This document shows, one piece after another, positions 1-11,053 of a DNA stretch of 64,000 nt. The stretch covers positions 3,968,001-4,032,000 of the forward strand of contig JBHGNT010000014.1 in NCBI GenBank assembly GCA_043228905.1, read 5' to 3'. A model generated the notes under the pieces. That model searched no databases, had not been told where the DNA came from, and was given only the letters and a program-made list of their open reading frames with translations. The position numbers and the translations under genes are program-made. The stretch comes from Azolla caroliniana. Taxonomy: Eukaryota > Plantae > Polypodiophyta. Within the stretch, counting starts at the first letter, position 1. Every line of letters begins with the position of its first letter.

Positions 1-2027
1 TTACATCAGCACCGATTCTAGCTCATGTGGATACAAGCAAACCATTCATCATGGAGGCCGACGCATCAGATTTCGCCCTCGGTAGCATCCTTTCTCAACA
101 AGGCGATAAAGAAGAGTTGCATCCGGTGGCTTTCCATTCGCGCAAATTCAATGTCGCAGAAATCAACTACGAAATACATGACAAGGAGTTATTAGCCATC
201 GTGGATTCATTTGTACAATGGCGGCATTTCTTAGAGGGCTCTCCACATCAGGTCATCGTCTTTAGCGATCATAAAAATCTTGCTTATTTTCAGAACGCTC
301 GCGTACTAAATCGACGGCAAGCTCGGTGGGCGCAATTCCTCACGCGTTTCAACTTCGAAATCACATATCGACCGGGGAAGCAGCAAGGAAAAGCAGATGC
401 ACTATCACGGCGTTCATATCTTGCACCTCGTCCTGGTGACGCAACATTTGATAATCAAAAGCAAGTAATCTTGGCACCAACACGATTGCACACGACGCGG
501 ATTTTTCACACCCCGATGGATTCACGGATTACCGATGACATACGTGCAACCTTGAAGACGGATAGTTTTGCTCAAGACATCCTGGCGCACATTGATACTT
601 CTCGGGCATCCTGTTCTCAGTCTCAACAACCAGGTATTGACTACCGACAATTCGAATATCATGATGGGTTGTTATTCTTTAAAAAGCGCGTATATGTCCC
701 CGATTGCTCCTGTCGCCTTCAAATCGTCCAACATTGTCACGACACCCATACGGCGGGACATTTCGGTAGTACCAAGACGTTGGAGTTAGTGCAGCGATCT
801 TTTTGGTGGCCCCACATGCGCCGTTTTGTCGACGACTACGTTCGGACCTGTGATGCTTGCTGCCGAGCAAAGATGCCACGACACCATCCATATGGCTTGT
901 TGGAACCTTTACCAATTCCAAGTAAGCCATGGCAGTCTATTTGTCTTCATTTTATTACAGATTTGCCGGTCTCGAAGGGGTTCGATGCTATCCTAACCGT
1001 CGTCGATCGATATACGAAGATGGCACATTTTGTGCCATGTACTAAAGCCATCACTAGCGAGGAAACCGCCGCTCTTGTTATGCGTGAGGTATTTCGGCAT
1101 CATGGCCTACCAGAGAGTATTATCAGTGACCGAGGCCCGCAATTTGTCTCCAAATTTTGGCAGCATCTCTTCAGGATGCTCAAGGTCTCCTGCAACCTCT
1201 CCTTCGGCTACCATCCTCAAACTGACGGACAGGCGGAACGAACAAACCAAACGTTGGAGCAATATCTCCGGTGTTTCCTGAGTTATCAACAGGACGATTG
1301 GGCCGAGATTCTCCACTTTGCGGAGTTTGCGTATAATAATGTTATTCATTCCTCGACTCGGGTCTCCCCATTTCTCGCTTATACCGGTTTCCATCCTCGC
1401 TGGTCGGTGATCGACACTCCGGAGCTACCTACCAACCCTCGTGCCGAGGACCATTTGGAGAGGCTACGCAAGATCCAGATGGATCTCTCTACTCACCTTC
1501 GTCATGCTCAAAACACACAGAAGACTTATGCGGATCGTCATCGGATTCCCTCCTCTTTTGCCATCGGAGATCGAGTATGGCTCTTACGTCGTCACATCAA
1601 GACTACTCGACCGTGCGACAAGTTGGATTATCGACGACTCGGTCCTTTCCGTATTACGGGGAAGATTAATGATGTCACCTTCCGCCTGGATCTCCCTCCG
1701 CAGCTTCAGATACATCCGGTTTTCCATTGTTCTCTTCTTGAACCTTATAAAACAAACACCATTCCCGATCGTGTGACACCACCGCCGCCCCCGCTGGAGT
1801 TGGACGCCGGCCCGGAGTATGAAGTTGCTGCCATCCTCGATTCCAAACTTGTTCGCAACAAACTTTATTACTTGGTCGATTGGCTCGGTTATAGTCCGAG
1901 CGAACGTACTTGGGAACCCGTCGAGAATGTTGCCAATGCACAAGATCTTCTTGCTGATTTCCACCGAAAGTATCCGGACAAACCCGGTCCGCAGTTAGCG
2001 CCGACTCGTTCCACTCGTCGTCTTTAA
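1..2027 (+). CDS. pol: Pol C-terminal part: RNase H, integrase, chromodomain (5' truncated by window edge)
   Basis: ADASDFALG, YEIHDKELLAI, HHCC zinc finger, SDRGPQF, GQAERTNQ, GPF motif, chromodomain EYEVAAILD...YLVDWLGY...TWEP. The first catalytic Asp appears replaced (CLHFITDLP). Confidence 0.92.
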   Translation, partial: TSAPILAHVDTSKPFIMEADASDFALGSILSQQGDKEELHPVAFHSRKFNVAEINYEIHDKELLAIVDSFVQWRHFLEGSPHQVIVFSDHKNLAYFQNARVLNRRQARWAQFLTRFNFEITYRPGKQQGKADALSRRSYLAPRPGDATFDNQKQVILAPTRLHTTRIFHTPMDSRITDDIRATLKTDSFAQDILAHIDTSRASCSQSQQPGIDYRQFEYHDGLLFFKKRVYVPDCSCRLQIVQHCHDTHTAGHFGSTKTLELVQRSFWWPHMRRFVDDYVRTCDACCRAKMPRHHPYGLLEPLPIPSKPWQSICLHFITDLPVSKGFDAILTVVDRYTKMAHFVPCTKAITSEETAALVMREVFRHHGLPESIISDRGPQFVSKFWQHLFRMLKVSCNLSFGYHPQTDGQAERTNQTLEQYLRCFLSYQQDDWAEILHFAEFAYNNVIHSSTRVSPFLAYTGFHPRWSVIDTPELPTNPRAEDHLERLRKIQMDLSTHLRHAQNTQKTYADRHRIPSSFAIGDRVWLLRRHIKTTRPCDKLDYRRLGPFRITGKINDVTFRLDLPPQLQIHPVFHCSLLEPYKTNTIPDRVTPPPPPLELDAGPEYEVAAILDSKLVRNKLYYLVDWLGYSPSERTWEPVENVANAQDLLADFHRKYPDKPGPQLAPTRSTRRL

Positions 2028-2038
2028 GGGGGAGATAG

Positions 2039-2459
2039 TGTCATGGCAAGACTCGAACCCATGACTTTATGCTACATGGGTCGAGCTCTTACCATTAGAT
2101 TAGGAATTGTATTTTGTAGGATATTATTTTCATTTATACTTTATCATAGAAAATTGATGTATATTCCAGATCTCTCTGGAACATTCTAGAAGCTTCAAGA
2201 TTATTCCTAAAAACACTATAAAAGGAGGCACAAGGCATTTTTTTGAACCAAATTGGTTCAACACCAGTCTTAAGCCTCTTAGTCGATTTGTACTTATTTT
2301 TCATATAATATAAGAGCTGCTGTCATCATCCTATTTCTCTCTCTCTCCTCTTCTCACTTCCTCTCTCTCGGGAATCTTACGCAGTCCCGTCCTCTTAGTA
2401 CTAATAGTACTACTCTTCTTAGTACTAATTCCATCTCTGTTTTAGTACTATTCCTGACA
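2039..2459 (+). repeat. 3' LTR of chromovirus copy 1
   Basis: TGTCA/TGACA termini, TATA box near 2217, matches LTR 43659-44090 in reverse complement. Confidence 0.92.
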
Positions 2460-3340
2460 ACTAGGGTTTTGGACTAGGAGGAGGAGAGTTTTAAGGCTAA
2501 TAAGAATATAAATAGATTATAAGAAAGAGAAACTGGAACTTGTGAATCCCACAAGTATATTGTATTAGATTAATCAATATTAAAATAAGAATATAAATTT
2601 GGATTGGAAGAGAAGCATGTAGAAACCTTGTGAATCCCACGAGTATAGTTTATTTCGTGAATCCCACAAATATAATTTATTAATTGTTGTTTTTAGAAAT
2701 ATCTCCAATTTCCAAAGTTTCCACACCTTTATTACATTGTGCTCCCCATCCTTATATAGTGATGAGAGAGTCTTAGCAATCCATGCTTTTTCTCTAACTA
2801 TAGACTATATGCTTTCTCTAACTATAGACTATATGCTTTCTCTAACATGCTTCTTCTAAAAGTGATCATGCTTTTTCTAACCTCGTGCATTTTTATCGAC
2901 TATAGTGTTCATGCATGCTAGATGTGCATGTGTCACTTTTTTCTATCATGCGTTTTTCTTCTAACTAAAGCTTTTTCCTAGAAAATATGTGTGGAAAAAA
3001 CCTTTCTATGTGGGATATCTACTTTTCTAACATTTATGATGTGTTAGTCTAATGGTAAGGCTTTACATTGTTAACATGGAGGTAGAAGGTTCGAATCTTG
3101 ACCTATGCATGTAATATATATTTTGATATTCCTTTCTTTTTCTTCATATTTATTCAATCCATTATTTTATACGTTTTTCACTTAGTGTACGAAATACACT
3201 ATGACACTCGCCCCCTCCGAACCCACACATCCCCCGATATGTGCCGAAATTCTCTATCCGTAATACCTTTGTTTGTCCCAATATGTCGACTTTGTCTCTC
3301 CATTTTGAGCAATTATCATTGGGAAAACTTTGGCCTTAAG
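2460..3340 (-). mobile_element. Truncated LTR element: 3' LTR 2460-3206, PPT 3207-3218, short internal remnant
   Basis: Reverse complement of solo LTR 5602-6389; starts TGTCAT on minus; pre-PPT sequence resembles 44647-44684. Confidence 0.8.
3045..3105 (+). promoter_or_regulatory. tRNA-like Pol III A/B-box cassette inside LTR, antisense to the element
   Basis: A-box TAGTCTAATGG 3045-3055 and B-box GGTTCGAATC 3088-3097 at tRNA spacing; no complete cloverleaf seen. Confidence 0.6.
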
Positions 3341-5601
3341 GATTAAACAAAAGGTTTATATTACTCTCCATTAATGACTACATTGTAACCAGGCCTTTAT
3401 ATAGGTCACTAGTGCGAAGTACAAAAGGGTGCCAATCGGCACCTATTCGGAATCGGTCCGGATCCGGATCGGCATACCAATTCGGTCAGTCTGTCCACAT
3501 CTTCTCATATATTAATATATTAAGACTAATAATTACAACATATTCCCAATTAACAATTCCCCTTTTCACACCCTGGTCTCGGCGTCCTTAGCTCCTTTGC
3601 CGGCCGGGTAACACATGGCACGCCCGTGGGACAGTTCCTTGTACGTCGAATCCACTATCCGGCCCTATTACTCTTCGTCCAAAATGTCCAGAATGCTTTG
3701 CTCCAGAGTTTCCAATGGCTCGAAGGGAATCTGTTGTTCCTGTTGTGGTTGCGGTTGTGGTTGTTGTGGTGGCTGCTTCGACTCCGGCTGCGACTCCGAT
3801 TGTTGCTCTGGCACCGGCGTTTCCTTCGTTGTTTCCTCCGTCGCAGTTGTCCCTGGTTGACTTACCCTGGCATGGTCTCCGTCTGGTCCTTGTACCGGTG
3901 ACGGTTCCTCATCACTGAGGTTGATCGTTGCAGCCTACTTGCTTTTTCTTCCCTAAGCTGGGACCGCTCATAGCTGTCAAATTGGATTTGAGCCTCCATC
4001 CGATCGTCGTCCAGTTGAGCTATGAGTTGTCGGACCTGCACCAATTGCTCATCCGCTAGAGCTGTGAAATCCTCTGCCAGCTCATCCTTTGTGGCGGTGA
4101 AGTCCTCCGATGTGAGCATGTAACAGTCGTCACCTTCCTTCCGCCAGTTTTCCGCGTCCGCCCTAAGCAACTGGAGTTCAGCCGTATTTTGCGCCCATTT
4201 CATCCACCATCGCACGGAGCTCTCGTCAGTCAAGTGTTTGGTCTTGTTTAGTCATGCCCGAAGGATGCACTAGATCCGCTCGGTTCCCATCTGTGATTTG
4301 TTCTCCGCGGCTTGTCGCTCCTCTTTCAATTGCTTGATGATTCTGACAGTGTCTACCTCGTACTCCCTATAATGCGACAATTGACTTTGATAGGTTGTTT
4401 GCAACCTTTGTAACACCATTGTCGCCCTCTCCTTTTCTTCATTGTGCTGCTTGTGGAGCTCCATCCGGTCCCTCGCCGCTTCCTCCAATAGCTTTGTATT
4501 CTCAGCCCGTTCGTCGGCGAGTGCCGTGGTGGCCCGATCAACTTTCTGTCGGAGCTCGGCCATCCTTTCTTGCTGTTGCTTATGCTCCGTGTCCAAGCTC
4601 TTAAAGTTCCGGTGCAGGTGGTCGAAGTCCTCTGTCTTTTGCTTCAACCGCGGGTTGATTTGCTGGCGAGCGCGGTCTTCCCGGTCCTTTTGTTGACGGA
4701 GTTCTTCTTTCAGCCTTTCGATTTCCGTTTCCGCCATTCGTCGCAGCTTGTCCTTCTCCTGTAGCAATTTTTCTTTTTCCTCCTTTAGCCGATCGTAAGC
4801 TTGATGCCCTTTCCGCAGATTTTCTTCTGCCCGGTGGAGGTTTTCAGCAGTCTTCTTTAAGTCCTCTTCTGCCGCTTTCTTCAAATCTCGTTCGCAACTC
4901 CGTAGTGCTTCTTGTGCAGCAAGTTCGTCCCTTAATTCGGCAAGCTCTTGGGCTTGCGCCGCATCTTTCTCCGGGACGGTTTCTGTCGTCGGGGTCTTAT
5001 TCGTATGTACAAGCGTGGTTGTTTCTTTATTCTGTACATCCACCGGAGTCACCGGTGCTTGGATCCGTGTTGCGGTTAAGGCCATTTTGGCCATGTCTTC
5101 TGTGACCCGATTCAAGTCTTGTTCAAGGCACCAGATCCTTGACCGGGCCGTCTCTAGTTCATCGGTTGTGACTAGCAACCGTTCCATCTACGCTCATTCT
5201 TCCGCCTCTACATACAGTATCACTTTGGGAACCTGCTCTCCTATCCAACGGAGCCATTGGCTGTCGGTGCCCTGTTGTTGCGTCTGCACGGAGGGTTGGC
5301 TTGTGGGTTCACTTGCCAGTGGCCGGTCCCGCCTAACTGTGTCGTGCTGCAATTCCGGCCCTGCCTGCGGACCACTTTGTCGTTCAGGTTCCGGTTGTGT
5401 TTCGGTTGGCCGCTCTTGTTCTGCTTGTTCTTGGCTGGCTGAGGAAGGTGGCACATGCCTTACCGGCACTTGCATTTCGGGGCTTGCCCTTTCTTGACCC
5501 GCCGGTATTGCCTGTTGTGCGGGGGCTTCTGAGACCGGTTCCATCCGAACCGGTTCCGGTTCCTCCCTTGGCGTAGGATTCTCAGTGTGGGGTAAAGGCG
5601 T

Positions 5602-6389
5602 TGTGGTAGTGTATTTCGTACACTACGTGAAAAAGTAAAAATAATATAACCGATTTAATTACATATAAATAAATAAAATAAAAATATCAAGATATTTATC
5701 ACGTGCATAGGGCAAGATTCGAACCCTATACCTCCATGTAGCCAAACCTCAACTTTACCATTATGCTACCTTATCTTTAGTGTTCTACAAGTAGATTTAA
5801 TAACTATAAGTGCTTTATTTGCGCCTACCTTTATTAAAAGGTAAATCATGTATTTTTAGAGTGCGTGAATATTTTATAGAAAAACGCAAGCAACTAAAAA
5901 GTGACTCATGCACATCTAGCGTGCATGAGCACTATATTTAGCAAATAAAAGCAAGGATTAGAAAAGCATCACATGCACATTTAGTGTGCATGAACATATT
6001 AGAAAAAAGCATGTAGCTATGCTTAGTCTCTCCCATCACTATATAAGGATGGGGAGCACAATGTAATAGGTGTGTGAAATATTTGGAAATTGGATATATT
6101 TCCGAAAACACCAACCGATTAATATAATCGTGGGATTCACGAAAATAATATAATCTATACTTGTGGGATTCACAAGTTTCTTATATCTTTCTTTCAATCT
6201 AAATACATATTCTTATCTAAATATTGATTAATCGAATACAATACACTCGTGGGATTCACGAAATTTCTATCTCTCTTTCTAATAATCTATTCATTACTAG
6301 CCTCATCTCATATTCTTCTTTTTCCTAGTCCAAAACCTCAGTGGTTCCCACCCGACTCACGCAACGATCCGGCACCGAAAGGCATGACA
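5602..6389 (+). mobile_element. Solo LTR with 4-bp TSD GCGT
   Basis: TGTGGT...ATGACA termini; GCGT at 5598-5601 and 6390-6393; homologous to 2460-3206. Confidence 0.85.
5705..5770 (-). promoter_or_regulatory. tRNA-like Pol III A/B-box cassette inside solo LTR, antisense
   Basis: Minus-strand TAGCATAATGG (5768-5758) and GGTTCGAATC (5725-5716). Confidence 0.6.
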
Positions 6390-7310
6390 GCGTTCCATCC
6401 TTCTGTGGGTCCGAACACTTCCCTGCTGATTCTGCGGTGCTCGTCTTCGGCCGCCGCTGGAGGTGCTCCGTAGGTTCTTCCTCCGTTTCCTCCTCCTGAG
6501 TCCCGACATTCATTCTTGCCGCCAGGGTGTCTGTTTCTTGCTGCACCGGTCGGTAGAGTGTGCTCTTCAGGGGCCGTGCTAGTGTCTCCTCCTGCTTGTC
6601 CGTCGGCTGCTTCCGGATGGCGCGCTCCTTCGCTGCCTGCTCTGTGTCGGCTGTCTTCCCCTTAGTGGTCTTGGTAGCCAACAACTGTTGTCGTTTCGAA
6701 GCAGCTTTCAAGGTGCCGTCCGTTACTCTTCCCCACTTCTTGGTCTGGATGGGCTCGACATGTGGCGCCAATAGGGTGAGCCATTGCGCCATCGCATGAC
6801 ATATTTTCCGGCCTTCTTTGGCTTCCTTACCTCTTACGGTGTCAATAGCCGCACACAATCCGCCGGATCAGCACCGGCCAATCCACCTTGACCCCTTGGT
6901 ATGTTGCGATGATCAAGCCTGCTCGGTTCTGAGGCATAACGGGGGGTCGAGGGTATACGTGGCCGAACTCATGGAGTACACGGGAAATTTCTCAGAATAA
7001 CATATCTTCTCTGCCCTGTGTCTTGTAACACTTGCTGGCCAGAGAATACTCGCCGAAGTATTTGATGAGCCGGTCAGAGGTAGGGTTGTCAATAGTATAG
7101 ATGCCCCCCTCCGGAAGGCCTGTTAGTGCATGGATTGCTTCCTCCGTGATCAGCTCGGTGTCAATTTCTTTGATGATGTTGTCAACTTCTCAGTGTGGTG
7201 GTGCATCCATGATTGTGAGGAACCCCTCCAATCCGTGTTGTCGTAGCCATTTCTTGGCGGCCTTAGAGAGAGTCTGGCAGTCCATGTCTGCGTCGAGGTC
7301 GGACAACGTT

Positions 7311-8094
7311 GGTGAGGGTTGTGTATGAGGAAGCTCTGTGTGAGGAGGCTTTGTGTAAGGAAGCTCTGTGTGTTGGCTCTCTTCTGATGATCTTTAAGCG
7401 CCAGTGTGCATTTGTGCTCCTTGGTTCGCGGAAGAAGAAGGTCTCGATGCATGGGGGGTTTTCTCTCTGCATCTTGGCGCCTTTTTCGAGCCTCCGCGTG
7501 TGCAGGTTGTGTACTATAATAGTATTACGTGCCATGTGGCGGTGGTTTAAAGCCCTATTCATAGCCCCCTCGTACCTTTTTGAAGTGCCTCTTTACTCCT
7601 CGTTTGCATGGCCGTTCCAACCACTCCTTTGCATGATTTCTTTGATTTGATTTGATTGATTGATTTATTTTATATCAATTGTTAGGTTAATTCGTCTCCT
7701 TCTTAGGTGAGGGTTGTGTATGAGGAAGCTCTGTGTGAGGAGGCTTTGTGTAAGGAAGCTCTGTGTGTTGGCTCTCTTCTGATGATCTTTAAGCGCCAGT
7801 GTGCGTTTGTGCTCCTTGGTTCGCGGAAGAAGAAGGTCTCAATGCATGGGGGGTTTTCTATTTGCATCTTGGCGCCTTTTTCGAGCCTCCGCGTGTGCAG
7901 GTCGTGTACTATAATAGCATTACGTGCCATGTGGCGGTGGTTTAATGCCCTATTCATAGCCCCCTCGTACCTTTTTGAAGTGCCTCTTTACTCCTCGTTT
8001 GCATGGCCATTCCAACCACTCCTTTGCATGATTTCTTTGATTTGATTTGATTGATTGATTTATTTTATATCAATTGTTAGGTTAATTCGTCTCC
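7311..8094. repeat. Tandem duplication, 2 x ~389 bp (period 395)
   Basis: 7311-7699 and 7706-8094 near-identical; duplicated ORF translations in the track. Confidence 0.95.
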
Positions 8095-8367
8095 GGTCCT
8101 ATCGGACCCTTACCCGAATGAGGAATCTTGCCGGCCTCGTGACGGTTTGTCGTCCTCTTATCCAACCCGTGCGCCGGCTCTTTGTCCCCCTTACCGGTTC
8201 ATTGTTGTCGATTGCTAATCGGGTTGCCGTTGTTTCCGGTATGCCGGTATCTGGTTCGGCATCGGCCTTTCCTTGTTCAAATGGGTTCCTTGGCATGGGT
8301 CCCTTGTATGGCTTTAGTCGAAATCCGTTGACCCACCACCCAAGACCTCGCCGGCAAGTGTCCCTAA

Positions 8368-11053
8368 CTAGTAGGATCCATTGAACTCGCGTGTGATCCA
8401 GTATGGTCCAGTCCACCGAAACCGTAGTTTCCCCGACATCTTGCCCATCCGGCTCTGGAACACTAGTACCGGCTTGCCAATTCCAAACATCTTTTCATTT
8501 CCTTTTCGGTGGCGATCCACAAACGCCTTTCTTCGCCAATGCTCCAGTTCCAGGTGCATGATACTCGCTAGTCGGTGTTCTTCTAGTTCACACAGAGCTG
8601 CTAACCGAATTGCCTCTGATTCCTTCTCGTTTAACCGTTCCCTAATCTAAATCCGTAAGCTCGGGACCTGGAACTCTACCGGCATGACGGCCTCCAATCC
8701 GAATGCTAGCCGGAACGGTGTGGTTTGGATGCTTGTTTTGTAAGTTGTCTGGTAAGCCCATAGGGCGCTGTGCAACTTCGTATCCCAGTCTGTCTGGTTT
8801 TCATTGAAGATTTTCCAAAGGATATTCTGTAGCGTTTTATTCGTCGACTCGGCTAACCCGTTTGCTTGCGGATAGTATGGTGTGCTCCGTTTATGCACCA
8901 CTACATAGAACGACGTCAAGCTTTCCACCACTTGGCCGAGGAAGTGCCCTCCTTGGTTACTTATTAGCTCGATTGGGCATCCATACCTACACCAGATGTA
9001 TTCATACAAGAATTTCGCCGTCGATGCCGCGGTGTTGTCGTGCAAGGCTTTGGCTTCTACCCATTTCGTGCAGTAATCTGTAGCTACGATCACATACCGG
9101 TTGCCGGTTCTCATTGTCGGTGGTTTGAATGGACCCACAAAATCCAGTCCCCAATTTTGAAATGGTTCTAACGACAGTACCGGCTGGTGCGGCATCCTAG
9201 CTTGCTCGGTTGGCTGGCCCATTCGCTGACATAGATCGCATTCTTTAGCGTACCGGACCGTGTCTTTCAATGTTGTCGGCCACCATAGGACACTCTGCCA
9301 TATCTTCCTTGCCGTAGCATCTCCGCAGTGTGCTTCTCGTAGTATTATATCCTTCTCGTCGCTGCGCACCGCCCATTGTCATATACCGTCCGTGCCATTG
9401 TGGTATAGCGTGTCCCGTAATAAACAGAAGTGTCGGCTTTGTACCGCCAGGCGTTTCCTCTCGTCCCGGTTCATCTCCTCCGGAGGCAATCCGGTGCTCA
9501 GAAATTGTTGCATATTCGTTAGCCACTTATCTTCTTGTGCCACCGTTTCATCTTTTGCCGTTTCCGCGGTGACTCGAAATAGCTCAGCATTTGAAAACTC
9601 GTCTAGGACTCCGTCACCAGTATCGCCGGAATCTAACCGGCTCAAATAGTTTGCTACTGTGTGCTGTATGCCGGGTCGGTGGAATATTTTGAACTCAAAT
9701 TCCTGCAACAGTAACGTCCACCGTGCCAACTTACCGGTTAGTGACGCTCTGGAAACTAAATAGAGGAGTGTCGAATGATCTACGTGGCAGGAAAATTTCC
9801 TTCCCAGCAAATAATGTCTGAATTTTGTCATGCTGTAGATCATGCCCAAAGCTTCCCTTTCCATGGTGGAATAAGTTCGTTCGGCTTGGGATAACTTTCG
9901 GCTTGCGTAATATACGGGTCGGTACCACCTTGGCTCCGTAAGTTGCATCAACGCACTTCCGATTGCAATGTCGGACGCATCCACGAACACATGAAACTCC
10001 TTAGCCTAATCTGGGGGTTGCACTACCGGCGCTTGCAACAATAGTACTTTGAGTGGCCGGTACGCCTTGTCTTCGATGTCGGTCCACTGAAATGGTGTTC
10101 AGTGCACCGCAGCATGCAACGGTGTAGCTAGGTCCGCCAGATACCGGAGCATTCAGCTATGCCACCAGATTTGGCCTAAGAAACGACTTAATGCTTTGGT
10201 CGTTGTCGGTGGCAGTGCCTCCAAGATTGCTTTTACTTTGTCCGGGTCCACGGCAATTCCTTCCTTGCTCACAATGTGTCCTAATAGTGCCCCGCTTGAC
10301 ACTCCGAATACACATTTTGCCGGATTCAAGCTTAGCCGGTAAGCCCGACATTTCTCTAGACACAGTCGGAGGTGCTGAAAGTGATCCCCTTCCCGACTAT
10401 AGACGGCGAAGTCATCGAAAAATACCTACATGAATGCTGGTATGAATTCTCCAAATGTTTCCATGATGATCCTCTGGAACGTTGTCGGCGCCGTTTTTAG
10501 TCCGAACATCATTACTACGGCAACAAACACTCCCCATTCGGTGACGAAAGCCGTTTTCTCCTGGTCATTGAGGTGCATCCGGATCTGGTTGTATCCACTG
10601 AATCCGTCTAGGAAACTGTATACCTCATGGCCGGCGACTGCGTCCAAAACTCCATCCGTAAATGGGAGTGGGAATGCATCTGTTATTGTCGCCGCGTTAA
10701 GCTTACGGTAGTCGACACAAACTCTAATTTTGCCGTTTTTCTTTGGTACGACTACTATCAGGCTCAACCATGTAGATTTCTTTACTGGGCGGATAAAGCC
10801 AACCCTCAGCAACTTGTCAATTTCCTCCTTGACTTTGGCGGCGTAATTTGGATTCATCCGGTACCGCCGCTGTGCTACCGGTTTGGCGTCTTTGCTCAAA
10901 TGTATCTGATGCTGATATAGCTGAGGATCGAGCCCTCGCATATCCTCGTAAGACCAGGCAAACACGTCTTGAAATTCTTTGATAAGTGTAATCATCACCA
11001 TTTTGCTCTCCGGAGTCATTTCCTTGGCAATGTGCACCGTTGTCGCCTCTTCC
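8368..11053 (-). pseudogene. pol: pol (RT, RNase H, integrase) of the 3341-17215 element, with stops and frameshifts
   Basis: VCVDYRKLN, FLDGFSGYNQI, VMMFGLKTAP, VDASDIAIG, EREALGM, WGLDFVGP, PQANGLAE, RFRWTGPY. Confidence 0.92.

Larger units (their letters stand above)
1..2459 (+). mobile_element. Ty3/Gypsy chromovirus (Tcn1-like), 3' part, copy 1
   Basis: RNase H-integrase-chromodomain ORF, PPT at 2026-2038, then LTR 2039-2459 bounded by TGTCA...TGACA; homologous to the element at 34043-44090. Confidence 0.93.
3630..7285 (-). pseudogene. Extra ORF downstream of pol: plant-mobile-domain-like N-terminus plus long coiled coil, fragmented
   Basis: ORF pieces 3862-4233, 4270-5187 (E/K/R/Q heptads), 5194-5544, 6325-6858; ITEEAIHALTGLP near 7110-7150; split by a solo LTR. 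Confidence 0.65.

Noticed and set aside
3041-3110. Functional tRNA genes (also near 2050, 5740, 39050, 44045)
   Set aside because: Acceptor and anticodon stems do not pair convincingly; kept only as tRNA-like cassettes
4270-5187. Host myosin/SMC-like gene or true envelope protein
   Set aside because: Lies inside the LTR element; generic coiled coil with no transmembrane segment or signal peptide seen
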